A stretch of 60,249 bases of DNA, filler included, from Basidiobolus ranarum (lineage: Eukaryota), in assembly GCA_040143965.1 (NCBI GenBank). It is 3 parts of 3 records of this genome, joined end to end, with 100 filler letters (N's around TTAATTAATTAA, not from the genome) between each part and the next. Parts side by side here need not be neighbours in the genome. Positions count along the whole stretch, not along the records: positions 1 to 20,069 come from JASJQH010000235.1; 2 more parts are not named here. One strand, written 5' to 3'. A program made the translations under genes and the position numbers. Of the stretch, positions 1-13,041 are shown one piece after another. Below the pieces are notes generated by a model that was given only the letters and a program-made list of their open reading frames with translations, was not told the DNA's origin and ran no database searches. The first letter of the stretch is position 1, and each line of letters begins with the position of its first letter.

Positions 1-589
1 AAGGCTTTTGATGGCGTGAACTAGGATCCTTGATTCTTTCGGCGAAAGAGAGTTCCTTAGCAGGATTCTCAATGGCAAAAGCTTGAACGTTGGAGCTAGC
101 CATGATAAGAGTAGGTGCTGATATTTTATCTTTACTCACCTTTCTGCCAAGTAGCCTCAATTGTAGCTTATCAGACATCTTTCTCATTTTCGAGTTTTTG
201 CGGATGGGATTCAGTGGAGTAATTGGTAGGGACGTATCTAGTTGCTTAGCTGAAGGATGCGCCAGGTTTTTGTTCTCTAAAATAAGGGCCGAATTAGGGG
301 CATCGATATCCCTAGGAGACACTTTTGCATGTTCGTGGGTTTTGTTTAATGTTTCATCGTATGAAACAGAACGCATATTTTTCGAGATTTCAGCTTTTCC
401 TCCTGAGCTTATAAATTCCTCATTTCCATCGGTTTTACTTGGAACCGAATTAGGGCGGCGTCTTCTTGATAGGCGAAACTTGGTCGGGATATAAAAAGAA
501 GGTAACGTCAGAGCTTGAGCGCAGGATGCTTCCACACCTTCAGTTTTAGAAGTGACAGAAAGGGCATGTGGTGAATCATCAGAGGTCAT
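1..589 (-). CDS. 5' part of a hypothetical protein (disordered, basic/Ser-rich N-terminus), running off the left edge
   Basis: ATG at 589-587 opens a stop-free frame of ~196 codons to the edge: MTSDDSPHALSVTSKTEG...RLLGRKVSKDKISAPTLIMASSN...; absent from the ORF track because it has no stop in the window. Confidence 0.6.
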   Translation of the reverse strand, partial: MTSDDSPHALSVTSKTEGVEASCAQALTLPSFYIPTKFRLSRRRRPNSVPSKTDGNEEFISSGGKAEISKNMRSVSYDETLNKTHEHAKVSPRDIDAPNSALILENKNLAHPSAKQLDTSLPITPLNPIRKNSKMRKMSDKLQLRLLGRKVSKDKISAPTLIMASSNVQAFAIENPAKELSFAERIKDPSSRHQKP

Positions 590-2449
590 GCTTTTAGTGA
601 TGGTGTGGGTGCGGATTATGGAAAGCAACAACTAGTGCGGCCGAACAAAGAAATAAAATAAAGTGGAGACTATAAAATACTAGCGCAAATATGAAGAATA
701 GAGCATCGCCAGCGAACCCAGCAGATTTATATAGGGTGTCGATGCCCGTGGCCGAACAAATGATACCAATTCTCTTTCAGAAATGCTGTGCAACCACTCT
801 GCTCCTCACCACATTGAACTACCATCTTTGGTGCACAAGTGGATATCGAAACTCTCTGTGCTGATATTATGAGAATAAGATCAATTATATGGACTTTTTG
901 AGCGGTATGTACTCCTGTATGTTCAAATTCAGCAGCGAGTATCGTTGAACAGATGAATTCCAATCGAAAATAGGGATAAGTTTTCGGAATGCGATGGTTT
1001 GACCTGCGATCTCAGTATTCGGCCAATATATGAGAAGTAGCGAGAGAAGAATAAGGGCATTTGCGGAATCCGATAAAATCTGCCCACAGCAATGATGCAT
1101 TTACTCGTTGCCGGCAAATCGCTTTGTTAGACCTTTGGTGTAACAGATACTCAATATTGCTTGCCTAATTAAGGATAACGGGAGCAGAATATCAGGTCTC
1201 GAGGCGACTGATCCAACTTGTATCTTTTTTATCAATATGCATCAACTTAATAGGCCAAACCAGGTAAAAGGAATAATTATTTGGTTTTATTTAAGAGATT
1301 GTGTAACGATTGCGAGATTGAGTCCAAGTAATTACCAACACCGCGAAGCCATGTGGGGCTCGACCAATAATCGAGGAGACGCATTTACCGGATCTAAATA
1401 CAGCAATAGAGTTTATTGTTGACTATTCTAAATGATATCTCCTGCTTGGAATCATATACGAAAAAAGATCTTACTCGTTTCTCCTAATTCTAATAAAGCT
1501 ATAGGGGTTTCAATCTAATGAACACTCAAATGATTAACACCAGCTGGTAATATCCAAAACTAGATGAGAGAATAGCAGCCGCCAAACCAAATGCTCGTGA
1601 GGTATTCTTTGTAAAGTCTACCGGGTTTGTTCAGTTTCCGTACTTGCCGAGAGCTCTGTTATTGGTCTGACTTTTCCATGCCTATTATGAGCTGAACGTG
1701 GAAGATGGCCTTTTGGCTATAGATGAGAGTGTCCAGTGGATACTTGATTACTTAGGCTAGGTGGTGGGTTTGTTTGATTAATGGCTACCACCGATCAAGC
1801 CATCTTGCGTGCAAAGAAATGCAATTAAATTCTAGACACTTCTGCCACCCTTATTGCATTTGAATACATCGGATCCCCTTGCATTCCAGCGCGTTGTACA
1901 TACACCACTTTGCATGCATTCTTGTGATTACCCATACGTCATTGGTAATGCTAAATATCGTCAGAGTACTTGGGGACGTTCATGAAGCACATTAATTGGA
2001 GCAATTCAAGGGGTTTGTGAATATAATCCAGCATTCCTCTGTTTAATGTGTGAAAGATACTCACTTACCGGTGGAGTGTCACTTGGAGCATGGCATAGAG
2101 TAAGTATATATCACGAGCGATCATTGTATATGTGCGAGAATATGGGTATGTGTAGTATCACAAAGATATACTGCTTTTATGGACTAGACATCTTCAATGT
2201 GACTATACTAGAATTATAGTAGTCTAGCGCTCAGCATTGCGCCATTGAATTCAAGACTTTGAGAAGGTCATGAATAATTTGATTCCAAAATTGACAATTT
2301 TACTGATGCTGTACGAGAGAGCACCTGAAAATACAGGTTAGCCTTAAGAGAACTCGTTTGCTAAACAAATGGGTATAATTATGGACTTAAATGAATGAGA
2401 ATAGTTCCCTCACAGTTTCACCATCCTAGTAGATCCATTCCCAAAGGGT

Positions 2450-3320
2450 CATGCGAACTATCATTTAACCTAATTGATTAGGTTCTACGGTTTGAGCCGA
2501 CACAACTCGCTCTTAGATTTATATTTAATGGAAATCATGGTCTTTCAGCTTCTTAAATATGATCTGACAGTATCACGAGAATTTTACACCCATTCATCTT
2601 CTGAACAAATGGTTCTATCATACATATCTAAGCTAAATCAGAGGTCTTTTTCAGCCAACCTCATCTAGTGTTGCTTGTAAAGCTTTGGACTGGGCATACT
2701 TGGTTTCTATCGCTTAGCGGGGTTTTATGTTATTCTCAAAGAGAATGTCCAAACACAGCACAACTTCGCAATGTAATGATAATCTGGTCAGAACTGGAAG
2801 TCATATATTGGCTATTCTGAGACAATATCACCGGGATGCTTGTGGATTGGAAATGGTTTAGATCCATCTGCAGTTACAACTAAAGCAAACTCTATATCTA
2901 CCCTGCTACTAAGCACTGGAGAGGCTGAAATTCTTATTGAGAAGGTATAGTTATCTTGGGATCTGCACCTCTCCCCATCACACGACAGGTCTAGTCTCTG
3001 AGAATGGATTATTAAATCACTAATTTCTGAAACCTTCACTTCTTAAATGAACTAGTTATGGTTTCTTTTAGTCATGATTTCGGAAAAAATGGCTCTAGAT
3101 TCTCTCAAGAGTCTAGATGAGTTTCTCCTTCCTTCTTACCGAGACTGGCAGTTTTCTTCAGGTTTCCAACTGTTATATGACAATAGACATAAGGTCTGTA
3201 GAAAGGAAGAAGATTTAGATTAATCAAGTCTACTATTAGCCAACATGCAATAAAAGGAGTCTTGAATATTTCTGGGATGTAAGCATGTGGCTGTACTCTA
3301 ACCCTGATCATAAACTACTG
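2450..3320 (-). mobile_element. Highly degenerate Ty3/Gypsy-like pol (RT/RNase H) remnant
   Basis: Minus-strand peptides ISASPVLSSRVDIEFALVVTADGS (resembles SAPVL..PD...F...TDAS) and, in another frame, IETKYAQSK (resembles E..Y.Q.K.E of gypsy RNase H); interrupted by stops and frameshifts. Boundaries approximate. Confidence 0.35.
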
Positions 3321-4085
3321 CTTTCCAAATAACAAATTAGTCAACAGAGGTCTAGAATCAATGACACACCGTAAAAGTATTAGTGCTGAGAAACCTCGGA
3401 GCCCCTGGCTACTACATCACCGGCCACGGAATACTGAGCGCAATCTCGTGAGAACTTATCCTATACTTAGTAAAGGTCTTCGCCTCACACTGTTGACAAA
3501 AGCCAGCTATTCTATGACAAAGTACGCGGTACATGAGCAATTGAGTAAATCAGAAAGATAGGTATTATTGTCTATGCTTTAGTCATTGATCAAGTACTGG
3601 CGCACTACCTTTTTAACTTTAATCAAATTAAGCATTGGGATCAAAGGATAAATTAACAGTTTATTGATTTCATCAAATCGGAGTAAATCAGGGTAGGTTG
3701 AATTGCCGATCAGGTGGGGAAATCAGTATTAAGTATTTTCCAAATTTACAGACTACTCTAGAGTAATAATCGATCAGTCACCTGAGTAAATGTAAACTGA
3801 TCATTGATTAAGTATAAAATGATGGTTTTGGTTGGATAAGTGAGAAGTAAGGTGAAAGAAACCTAAGTACTAAGAAGTCACAAAGTTACAGAGGGTTGAG
3901 AATGTATGAGGTACAAATATTCACTCTGAGGTCGGTATTCACATGTATTGCACCAAAGTGTAACAGAAAAGAAGAGGGGGTTGTAAAAGCATCAATTGTT
4001 GCAATTCCAATCATCGAGTAGATTTGCGTTTGCCATACGTTATGAAAATTGAAAATACATGGAATGGGTTTTCTATCCTCGGTTA

Positions 4086-5243
4086 TCAGATACATTTAAA
4101 CTCGTGGTCAGATGGAATCCAATCCCTAGTAATATCTTTGGTAAGCAGGCGTCCATGTGCTCTAGGTGAATGCTCGAAATCTAGAGGATGAAGTGGAAGT
4201 TCCTGTGGATTCGGTGGTCCAATATCTGATCGCAGGGGAACGGTCGCGCCGAAATCATCAAAGGAGTAGAATTTCGAGTCGAAGTAGTGATCACCACGGC
4301 GAGTGAGAAAGAACTTCTTGACAAGCCAGTTCATGCAACAACTAAAAGAGCTATTGTAATTTTCGGAGTTATAACGAAAATGATACTGATCTATCAAATC
4401 TTTGCGAATCTTTTTCCATGATGCTTGTATGGATGGATCGAAAAGAAACACCGCCAAATTCATAAACCCTTGGGTTGAATTAAAAATCATGGCGACATAA
4501 AGTGCCATCTCAAGATATTCTAGTTGTACAAATTCTACCACTATGTATGGAGTTTGACTTATTATGGGGACAATTGGATACAGGATAATCCGCGCTACCC
4601 CATGGTGTAAAAACCTCTTTGCACGTCGAAGTTTAATAGTATCGCCTGTCATGTCGCCTGGCTGGCTTTTGAGAAGGTCTTTCTTGTGCCTCAAGAGCTT
4701 GATGCATACAATTGCAACGGAGAATGAGCAGATGACTTCACCCAAAATAATCCACACATTGTGAGTCAACATTTCCCATAGCAAGTTGGAATCTTTACCG
4801 TACCAACAACTTCTAATTGTCGGGTCCCAATGAATTTTATCGAAGACTATTGGAACCAGGCTAATGCTAAGAGCCAGTAGGGTACTGACTGAGAAATAGC
4901 ATATCTCCAGAAAATGTGGATTTCTCATTCCAAGGATAAATACAACCAGGAGATTTAGACCGATACAAACTGTAAGAAAGATGAAGAGTAGATTCGAGAA
5001 AACGATGAGCCATACATTGAACTGGCAACTAGCCCCAGCACCTGAAATATGCGGATGTATCATGGAGGCTGTATGAAACAATAGATCAGCCACCGCTATA
5101 CCACAGTTTAAGTGCAAAGATACTCTCTGGGTAAGATCACGTCTATAAAGCCACATCAACAAGATGGCTACCAGGATGAGACATGCACTGAGCAATGAAA
5201 AGCTGTTTAGCACAGCTGAGACCAGACTATATCCTTTAAGCAT
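4086..5243 (-). CDS. 7TM G-protein-coupled receptor, Git3/cAMP-receptor-like family
   Basis: Single-exon ORF, first ATG at 5243; seven hydrophobic segments; motifs RVSLHL...IAVADLL, Cys before TM3, SCWY in ECL2, RIILYPIVPII, STQGFMNLAVFLFDP. Confidence 0.85.
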   Translation of the reverse strand: MLKGYSLVSAVLNSFSLLSACLILVAILLMWLYRRDLTQRVSLHLNCGIAVADLLFHTASMIHPHISGAGASCQFNVWLIVFSNLLFIFLTVCIGLNLLVVFILGMRNPHFLEICYFSVSTLLALSISLVPIVFDKIHWDPTIRSCWYGKDSNLLWEMLTHNVWIILGEVICSFSVAIVCIKLLRHKKDLLKSQPGDMTGDTIKLRRAKRFLHHGVARIILYPIVPIISQTPYIVVEFVQLEYLEMALYVAMIFNSTQGFMNLAVFLFDPSIQASWKKIRKDLIDQYHFRYNSENYNSSFSCCMNWLVKKFFLTRRGDHYFDSKFYSFDDFGATVPLRSDIGPPNPQELPLHPLDFEHSPRAHGRLLTKDITRDWIPSDHEFKCI

Positions 5244-7961
5244 GTGTAAAGAGAATCCGTACAATCGCGGAGGCTCTAACTCAATATAACTTTAGTGAAC
5301 GGGTCAAAGATTGGACCAGAATTAGCCAAAAGGAAGTAAGAGGAGAGAGCTCGAGATTGTTGAAAGCAATGAGCTCCTTCTTAATAGGTAAATTCAAAAC
5401 TCAGCAATGATATAATGATCATCAGGTATTAAATATTCCACAAGTGTGAGAAACATAGATGATCACAATCTCAACTACACACTTTTCACGAGGTAAAATT
5501 GAGGTTTCTCTTAATAGATATTACAATGGTAATTTGGCACGTAAGAAAACAATTCCATTTGTAGTAACATGGGTATGTACGACATCTCTACTAGTATTGC
5601 CACATCTGGTAGACCCCTACTAAATGACCAATGTATTCTAATCAAGATGCTGATGGTGACCAAGAGAACAGGTGAAATTATTGGTTGTGACGATTCATCT
5701 GATGGTTGTTTGGATAGAGGTTCTTGGTGAACTATTTCCTTTTGAAAATGTCAGTCTTCGGAAGTGTGAGTAGTATGAAACCTTCGAACTCATTTAGTTT
5801 ACTAGCCAGTCATATCAGTAATATAGCTTATGAGAACAGACTTTATCTTAAAGCATCCATGCTTCGATGTATGTTACCTTAGAGGTTGGTATTCTAGTTG
5901 AAGGAGGAACGAGTAGCTGTAGTAGACTGTCAATAACGCTAAAGAGGGCATAAGAGGAGTATGTGGCCTCTATATGTGCCAGGTTAATATGCTGAATTTT
6001 TCTATTTGTAAGTCTGTCTCCAGAGTTACCTCGTACTACGTTGAATTTAGTTCGGGCGGTTGAACATACAGAATTTGGTTATAAAGTAGTTTTGGTAGCT
6101 ATTAACCTGCTATTATACGTTGAACAGCATATTAAAATATATTCCCTGAAAAATAGCCAGTTAACCAAGCTATTGACAGATACATTTTCAGTTTCATGAT
6201 TACTTGTGTATAATATCTATTGTTCAACCAATTTTTAATGATACACAATTTCTTAGGGTTGTTAACGTCAGGCAGGATTTATGTAAAATAATAAAATGCG
6301 AAGTTGATGTTTTCTAGCAAATATGATACTATCCAAGAAAAAGGATTCAATGCCTGCCTTAAAATTTGAAAATAGTGAGACATTTGCACTGTAGATTCAG
6401 ATGTTGTGATACAACGAAAGAGAGATGCGGACTAAGATGTTAGATTACTATTTGGTTTCACCTAGCTCTTCGGTTTTCCAATAGTTGATATCTAATCCTA
6501 TTCCTGACAAGATGGACAAGGCGTACGGACCCTTTAGTGCCTCTCCAAACTACCTGGTAATCTTTTCCTAGTAAGACACTAACAATACCAGGTATTATTG
6601 ACTGAGCATAAAGTAGCTTAGCCCTAGTTGAGACTGATTTTGGCCAGCTAGTCTTGCCCTATCCTTTGCATTCTCTAATTAGAAATTGGTGTTTAGATAG
6701 ACACGTGTCTAAAATCTTCAGAACAGACATTCATGATTTGTCGATAAAAAACGTAGTCCATGTTCATGTACCAATAATCAGCTATCGTTGTAACAGTGTA
6801 CATGGTATTGCCAATAGCTCGCGGATCTGGCATGGATTTGGTTGAAAATATAGCTTGTGATGGTAACACTTAGGGCAGATTCAGATAACTCCACTCCAAC
6901 AGATCCTCATCTCTAGCCCACTGCCGATGAAAAGTAGGACAGGGATGGTCTGCTTCAGTGGCACCAATGTTTTGTGTCATATGGCATGCCTATATTAGAC
7001 TTGATTTCGTGATAGCTTCCAAAATGGGGTTACTTGATATTGCATCAACTAGTCGTAGTAATTACCTCCATGATAATGGACTCGATTCATCTTGAATTCT
7101 CCATCTATTCTTGACTTCTACTCTCGATCTTAACACCTAATGCAATACTGGCGCGTACGGCCATCCGCTCTCCCCACATTCTGTTTCATAGTTTATTGGA
7201 TATTCCAAGGTCAAGCTATTGCCATTCGATTTTCTAGAACTCTGACAGTACCAAGTATTACCAATTGGCTATTGGATCTTTCATAATTCACCTGTATTGT
7301 TACAGCTCACAAGGCCATTTCGTAGTGGAAATAGCGGCAGTTTCGATCGCAATTTCTGTCCACTTGCACATAAAATACACCTGTTCCATTTCATATACTA
7401 CTATCTGCTACAGACATTGTGGTTAAACTGGTATAGAGTGTATGTTGATAAGTATCAAGTCCTGTCCTTCCCTTACATTTCGAAGATATATATATCAAAC
7501 TGATACCAATATACTCAATACTTCCATTAGTTCCTATTCTACTTGTCTTTTATGCTGGCATGTCAAACTCGGCTATTCGAATTTACCATAAATAAACAAG
7601 ATGATTGTACACATCGTCTAACCTACCTCCTGGTCAAGGAGATCGTTAAAAGCACTGATCTGTGAAAGTCACTTGGCGCACGTTTAATACTTTGTCCAGA
7701 ACATTCGATATCTTCGAGACCTCATTGTATATTAAGCAAGCATTCGATATGAACACTGCTATGATGTATGTACCGTGGCTTTCATGTCTATTGTGTGTAA
7801 ATTGGTAATATTATGATAGCGCTCTGAGCCATTGGACATATTGTGTTTGGAATGCTGTTTACTTCTAAATAAGTGCGACGAAATGATTTTGAAATGCTCA
7901 AACATGCTACTCGATAGGACTGAGCTGATAAGTTGCATGCATTTCTAGAGGTGCGTGCACT

Positions 7962-9193
7962 CTAAACTCTATCACCACGAACTAATGTGACCATAACCGT
8001 GATATCATCGATTTTCCTATAGCAATATAGAGTAATGGTTAAATGAAGTCGCAAGAACTACGAAACAATGATTTTACATACCCTCCTATCTGGTTATGCG
8101 CACCAGCAGCACGAGCACCTCTAGCCCATGGAGAAACTCTTCTTCTATTCATAGCAAATTTCTTGGCAGCTGAAGTTAAAGTATCAGATATGTTCTTGAC
8201 TCCGGTTAAGATCTCTTGGTCTCCATTTGTCAACTTTAGTCCATTTTTAATTGATTTCATGATGGAAATAGTATCCTTGTCGTAAACATTATCAAAATAC
8301 CCATCTGTGCCTAAAATCACGATATCATTGTCCTCAAGTTGGTGTGAGCCGCGAAATGCTTGTGATGGCTGGTCCAAAAAGTAAGTGCCACGGTCTGGAT
8401 CATCTTCGGGTAATACGGTAAGTTGATAAGGGCAATTGAAATAGTGTTGTTGCTCCTTGGAGCGAAACAGCACTTTATCGTCTCGAATGATCAAATATGA
8501 AGAGTCCCCAAGGTTAGCCGATTCCATATTCCCAGTGGTTTTAGAGAGTCCTAATAAACAGGCTGTACTACTACCTTAAGACATCGACAATAAAGTTATA
8601 GTTTCTTACTTTTGTGGAGGAATGTTATCAAATAAGAAGTACCTGCTTTCACCTTTCCTTCTTCCACTAATTTCGTGTATCCCTGAGATAGAATCTCGCC
8701 AGGGTGAAGTGAAGAGTTTTGTTCTAATGTAGCTATTTTACTACAATTGTTCATAAGAGCCCATGAGAATATAGCGGGATCTACACCTGACTTTGTGAAC
8801 CGTGATTAGTAAAGCTATCAAATATTCGCACAAAGAGAAACTAACCTCAGCCCAACCGCCAACACCATCAGCAACACCTTGATCAAAATATATATGGTCA
8901 AAACTTTCGAATAAAACATGTATATTATATGTAGAAAAGAAAAGCTATACTACTCAAATATGTCGAAGTATTTAGTGAGAAAAGTATATAACGCTACCTA
9001 ACACTGCACGACTTGGTGTGAGACTTTCAAAGAAGGCATCTTCACCAGCATCCACTTTACCGGGTAGTTTAGTTTTTTCCTTCAAGTTAATGTGAGCCTG
9101 AGGAATTCCGAAAGTTGGGAACTTCTGTATACTTCTTGGTACTTTGGGTAACCAACTACTTGCTACAAAGTACCGGAAGCTTGGTGCTCTCAT
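7962..9193 (-). CDS. PTC7: PP2C-family protein phosphatase, PTC7/Azr1 type (5 exons)
   Basis: Spliced translation contains AGEDAFF, GVADGVGGW, GVDPAIFSWALM, GSSTAC, ANLGDS, QQHYFNCPYQL, GTDGYFDN and GGKIDDITV; TAG at 7964-7962. Confidence 0.9.
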
Positions 9194-10063
9194 GTTTTTC
9201 AATATTAATTCGTTTGAGTTGTGTTATCCACTGTTCAATAATACTATTCATATTGCTATGTTTGATCGAGGTAAAATTTTTGGTTTTAGTCCGGTCACCA
9301 ATGACCAAAACAGTACTTGGTTACTAAATAAAATTCATCGTCATTAATAAGAAACATCTGCGATAATTCACAGCAACCTATACATTACCATTGCTATTCA
9401 TACTGATCCGCATACTACAGAATAACCTTCAAGGCTGCCTTTAAAGCATGATGTGACATAACCTAACCCTAACCCTAAACCCAACATCAAGTGGTAGCTT
9501 TAACTTTTATTATTGATTACTAGGGCACTGGATCACTTCTAGGTATGGTGCCCATTGTTGAACCCGTTTTCCAAGTTGAGCTTGATATTGATCCTTGAAT
9601 ACCTATATACCATGCTAGTAGCACCTGTCACAGCGATATTACTAATTCATCATCTACTCGCATGCAAATGAGTACAAACAAGAGTTAGGTACAAGCTTGT
9701 ACATCTCCACACCAACTTTGCTATGCAACTCATCATTACTGAGCAACTTAAATTAACCCGTTCTTTGAAGTCTTTCCAATTTAATCATGTACTTCGGTTA
9801 TTTCATTTGGAAATCGTGCCAAGTTACACCTTCTTGCATAAACAAGCATCCTCATAATGTGTGGATAACCTTCGAAGATCACATGATTTTCCGTGATGTT
9901 CCAATAAAATGTCAAGTTTTGGGGTATTGATGACGGTAGTGTACGCATATTCAATAACAATCGTATCTAATCCAGTGTGCTGAAATCTCCATTGTAAAAA
10001 CTATATCTTTCCTCTCCTTACGGTTTAGAAAATCCAAGAATTTCTATACCTATATCAATCAAA

Positions 10064-10688
10064 ATGGTCATTTTAAAGAGTTCCGACGATGAAACTTTCC
10101 AAGTAGACAAAGAAGCCGCTGAACGTTCTATGTTAATCAAGAACATGTTAGAGGATGTTGGTGAAAGTGATATGCCCATTCCTTTACCCAATGTGACTGG
10201 AAACGTTCTTCGCAAGGTATTTTAGTTTTAGTGCAAGCATACAAACCATGGAAGAAATATATGATGGATTGCTAATCCTATCCATTTGTAGGTTATTGAA
10301 TATTGCGAGTATCATCGTAATGATCCTGTTGTTGTAAAAGAAGATTCCGATGAACCCAAGCGTAGCGATGACATTGACGAGTGGGATCGTAAATACATTG
10401 ATGTTGATCAGGAGATGTTGTTTGCCATTATATTAGCCGCTAATTACCTTGATATCAAGCCTCTCCTGTAAGTTTTAGTCCTGTAGTGAACTCTACAAAG
10501 TTATTTATTTAGGTATTCATCCTTCGTTTTCTTTGATTTATAGTGATGTTGGCTGCAAAACCGTGGCAAATATTATCAAGGGAAAGAACCCCGAGGAGAT
10601 TCGTAAGACCTTTAATATTGTAAACGACTTCACACCTGAAGAAGAAGCTCAAATCCGTAAGGAGAACGAATGGGCTGAGGAACGTTAA
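10064..10688 (+). CDS. SKP1: SCF ubiquitin ligase subunit Skp1 (3 exons)
   Basis: [31 protein letters not shown]...IPLPNV...[60 protein letters not shown]; two GT-AG introns. Confidence 0.97.
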
Positions 10689-11380
10689 TATCTCTTCGAA
10701 TATATAACGCAATAGTATGCATATGTATCGGGTGAATCCTATTTCATATTGCCCAGTTGTAAAATTTATTATTATTCCCTAAATTTCTCATAGCGGTTGA
10801 TACTAAGCTTAAATAAAGTCACTTCATATTTACACGCTAGCACCAGACTTTGAAAAGGAAGGTTAAATCACAACAAGATATACACCTGGACTGTCACCCG
10901 AGTGTTTTGTATCTTCACTCACTTCCCAAAACTGAGGCTGTATGAGTTAGAGGTATAGCTGTGAACATTCGAGAATTGGAACTGTTACCAACACTGACAG
11001 CGCAAATAAAGACACTGTTACAATGATTAGCAGTATACATTGACTTTCAATATGCTTTGAGAAGATTCTAATATTAAACTCAAAAGTATTGTTGCTATGG
11101 ACAAGCAACTGACATGCCGACTTCTTGGAGCTAGCATCCTCCAATGTACTCGGATATCTCTACCATTGTCCCTAGGAGAAATTCATCCTCAATGCATTTA
11201 TATTATATTCCAGAATCATCAAGTTTATTTGACAAAATTGAGGAGTAAATATGAAGAGATATATCCGATGCATTCTCATCTTCACAATAAAGAACTTCAC
11301 AGTCTTAAATAAGCGTGGAGCTCACTTTGAGATTGCTTCAAATCATTACCATTTGACAATTCAATCATCAATCTCAATAG

Positions 11381-12093
11381 ATGGCTCGACTACGGTTCTG
11401 GGAGCGAAAAAAGACAACCGAGGAGGTGGAGATGAAGCTGACTACACAATTAACCCATCTTCTGATGGGAACTGAACAGCCATCAAAACCACCAAGTCCT
11501 CGTCGGGTGCGTAAACTAACTCGTCGCCTGTACGATACAGACACTTTCAAAAAGGTGCTGGAGAACCTGAAAAAACTTTCATCACCCGTTTTGCACGACC
11601 ATGGTCCAACAGTTGTAGAACATAACTTGGATGATGACCCTGAAAGGATGATGAAAGTGACGCTGTACTGGTGGGGATATGAGATACTGTTACCCACTCA
11701 ATTTATCAAATGTCTAGAGAAAGAATGGAACAGAAGTTTCATTGTCTTTTCAGCACTGGTTGCGATGGCCACCGTAGTTCCTCACCTTCAACCACTGGTT
11801 GGAATCATCTCCGCTTATGTCAATCTATCCTTTGCCTTTATTTATCGCGAAGATCATGGCCATGGTGTCATACTAAGTGCAACATGGTAAGTCTTGTGTA
11901 GTGTTAATGCATGATTCCAGTATCTCTTTCTAATCCCGATCCACATAGGGCTTTGCCATTGTTGATGGTGCCCGTCGGCTTACTTAACGATGGATCGGAC
12001 ATTATGGAGTTAGAGAGACACGATTCAGTGATAGAGATGACAGAAATAGATCGACTTGCTGATTCACTTATCATCAGCAAATCTACCTCATAA
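11381..12093 (+). CDS. Uncharacterised protein (YWWGYE / REDHG.GVIL.ATW family), 2 exons
   Basis: 169-aa ORF, GT-AG intron within the Trp codon of ATW, then ALPLLMVPVGL...SKSTS*; clear paralog at 12352-13041. Confidence 0.85.
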
Positions 12094-12351
12094 TGAGTTC
12101 GTACCAACTGGATTTGGTTGTCCTTTAATTGTACACAGTTTTTAAAGTGAAGATAAATCCAATTTTGATGGTTTATTTACGTATTCGAGAAATAAAAAGT
12201 TGATTACAGGTTCAAGTATATTGGATTAAATTGGATTACAGTAAAAAGTAGGGCAACTGGGGCAGATTAATGTGATGGCCATTCTAGAGATATCATTGGA
12301 GTGTGCTGAGCCCCCAAGTAGGTAGGATTTCATATTAGTAAATGTACAAAG

Positions 12352-13041
12352 TCAAGATGCTATGACCAGAGTATCTGCGGCTTTATTTGCACCTTCATCT
12401 CGCTGTTCAATTTGGTTTGAATTTGCGGGAGGCTTAGAGACGCCAATGGGGACAAGTAGGAATGGCAATGCCCTGTAAACGTAATCTATGTATTAGAACA
12501 ATCCTACTGGTCAAATAAAAGTAAGCTTTTCTTACCATGTGGCCGTCAGTATTACTCCAAAGCCATGATCTTCCCGCTGAATCAGGGCGAATTGAAGACC
12601 CACAAAAGCAGAGATGACCCGGACAAAAGGCTGAATGGGAGGTAGCAGCATAGCAACGGTCGATAGGATTCCAAAGAACAGCACAGCTCTATTAGCCTCT
12701 TTGCTTAAGCAATCCATCAACTCCGGCCTCAACTCTACTTCGAATCCCCACCAATACATTGTGACCTGGATAAGAAGGTCATTGTCACGTACAGGCTTGC
12801 CTTCAAACTGCTTTTCGTGCTCGTGAGTTAAAGGGGTAACTAAATCTTTTAACTTTGCAATAACTCGTACAAATACATCCTTATTGGATAAAGCATTAAG
12901 GGACTTTCGTTGTGTTTTAGTTGGCACACCTTGTGTTATCACGGAGTGAACATCCCGAGTGATGGTGCAGACCTTCTCTTCCTTTAATTTTATCGAAGTG
13001 GTTTGACGACGTTTCCGAAGCCATCGAAAGGGATTGAACAT
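12352..13041 (-). CDS. Uncharacterised protein, paralog of 11381-12093, 2 exons
   Basis: VTMYWWGFEV and REDHGFGVILTATW, same intron position, then ALPFLLVPIGV...TLVIAS*; TGA at 12354-12352. Confidence 0.85.

Noticed and set aside
90-494. 134-aa plus-strand ORF and similar antisense ORFs (e.g. 24272-24589, 24875-25204, 31551-31910, 49618-49965)
   Set aside because: Shadows of genuine genes on the opposite strand.
1707-1735. GGCCTTTTGGCTA match to the U2 snRNA 5' stem-loop
   Set aside because: Only 13 nt match; the GTGTAGTA branch-pairing sequence does not follow.
5500-7900. Possible decayed mobile elements in long intergenic stretches (also 16400-17300, 19200-20069, 33700-34800)
   Set aside because: No convincing motif, terminal repeat or long ORF visible by eye; needs a repeat-library search.
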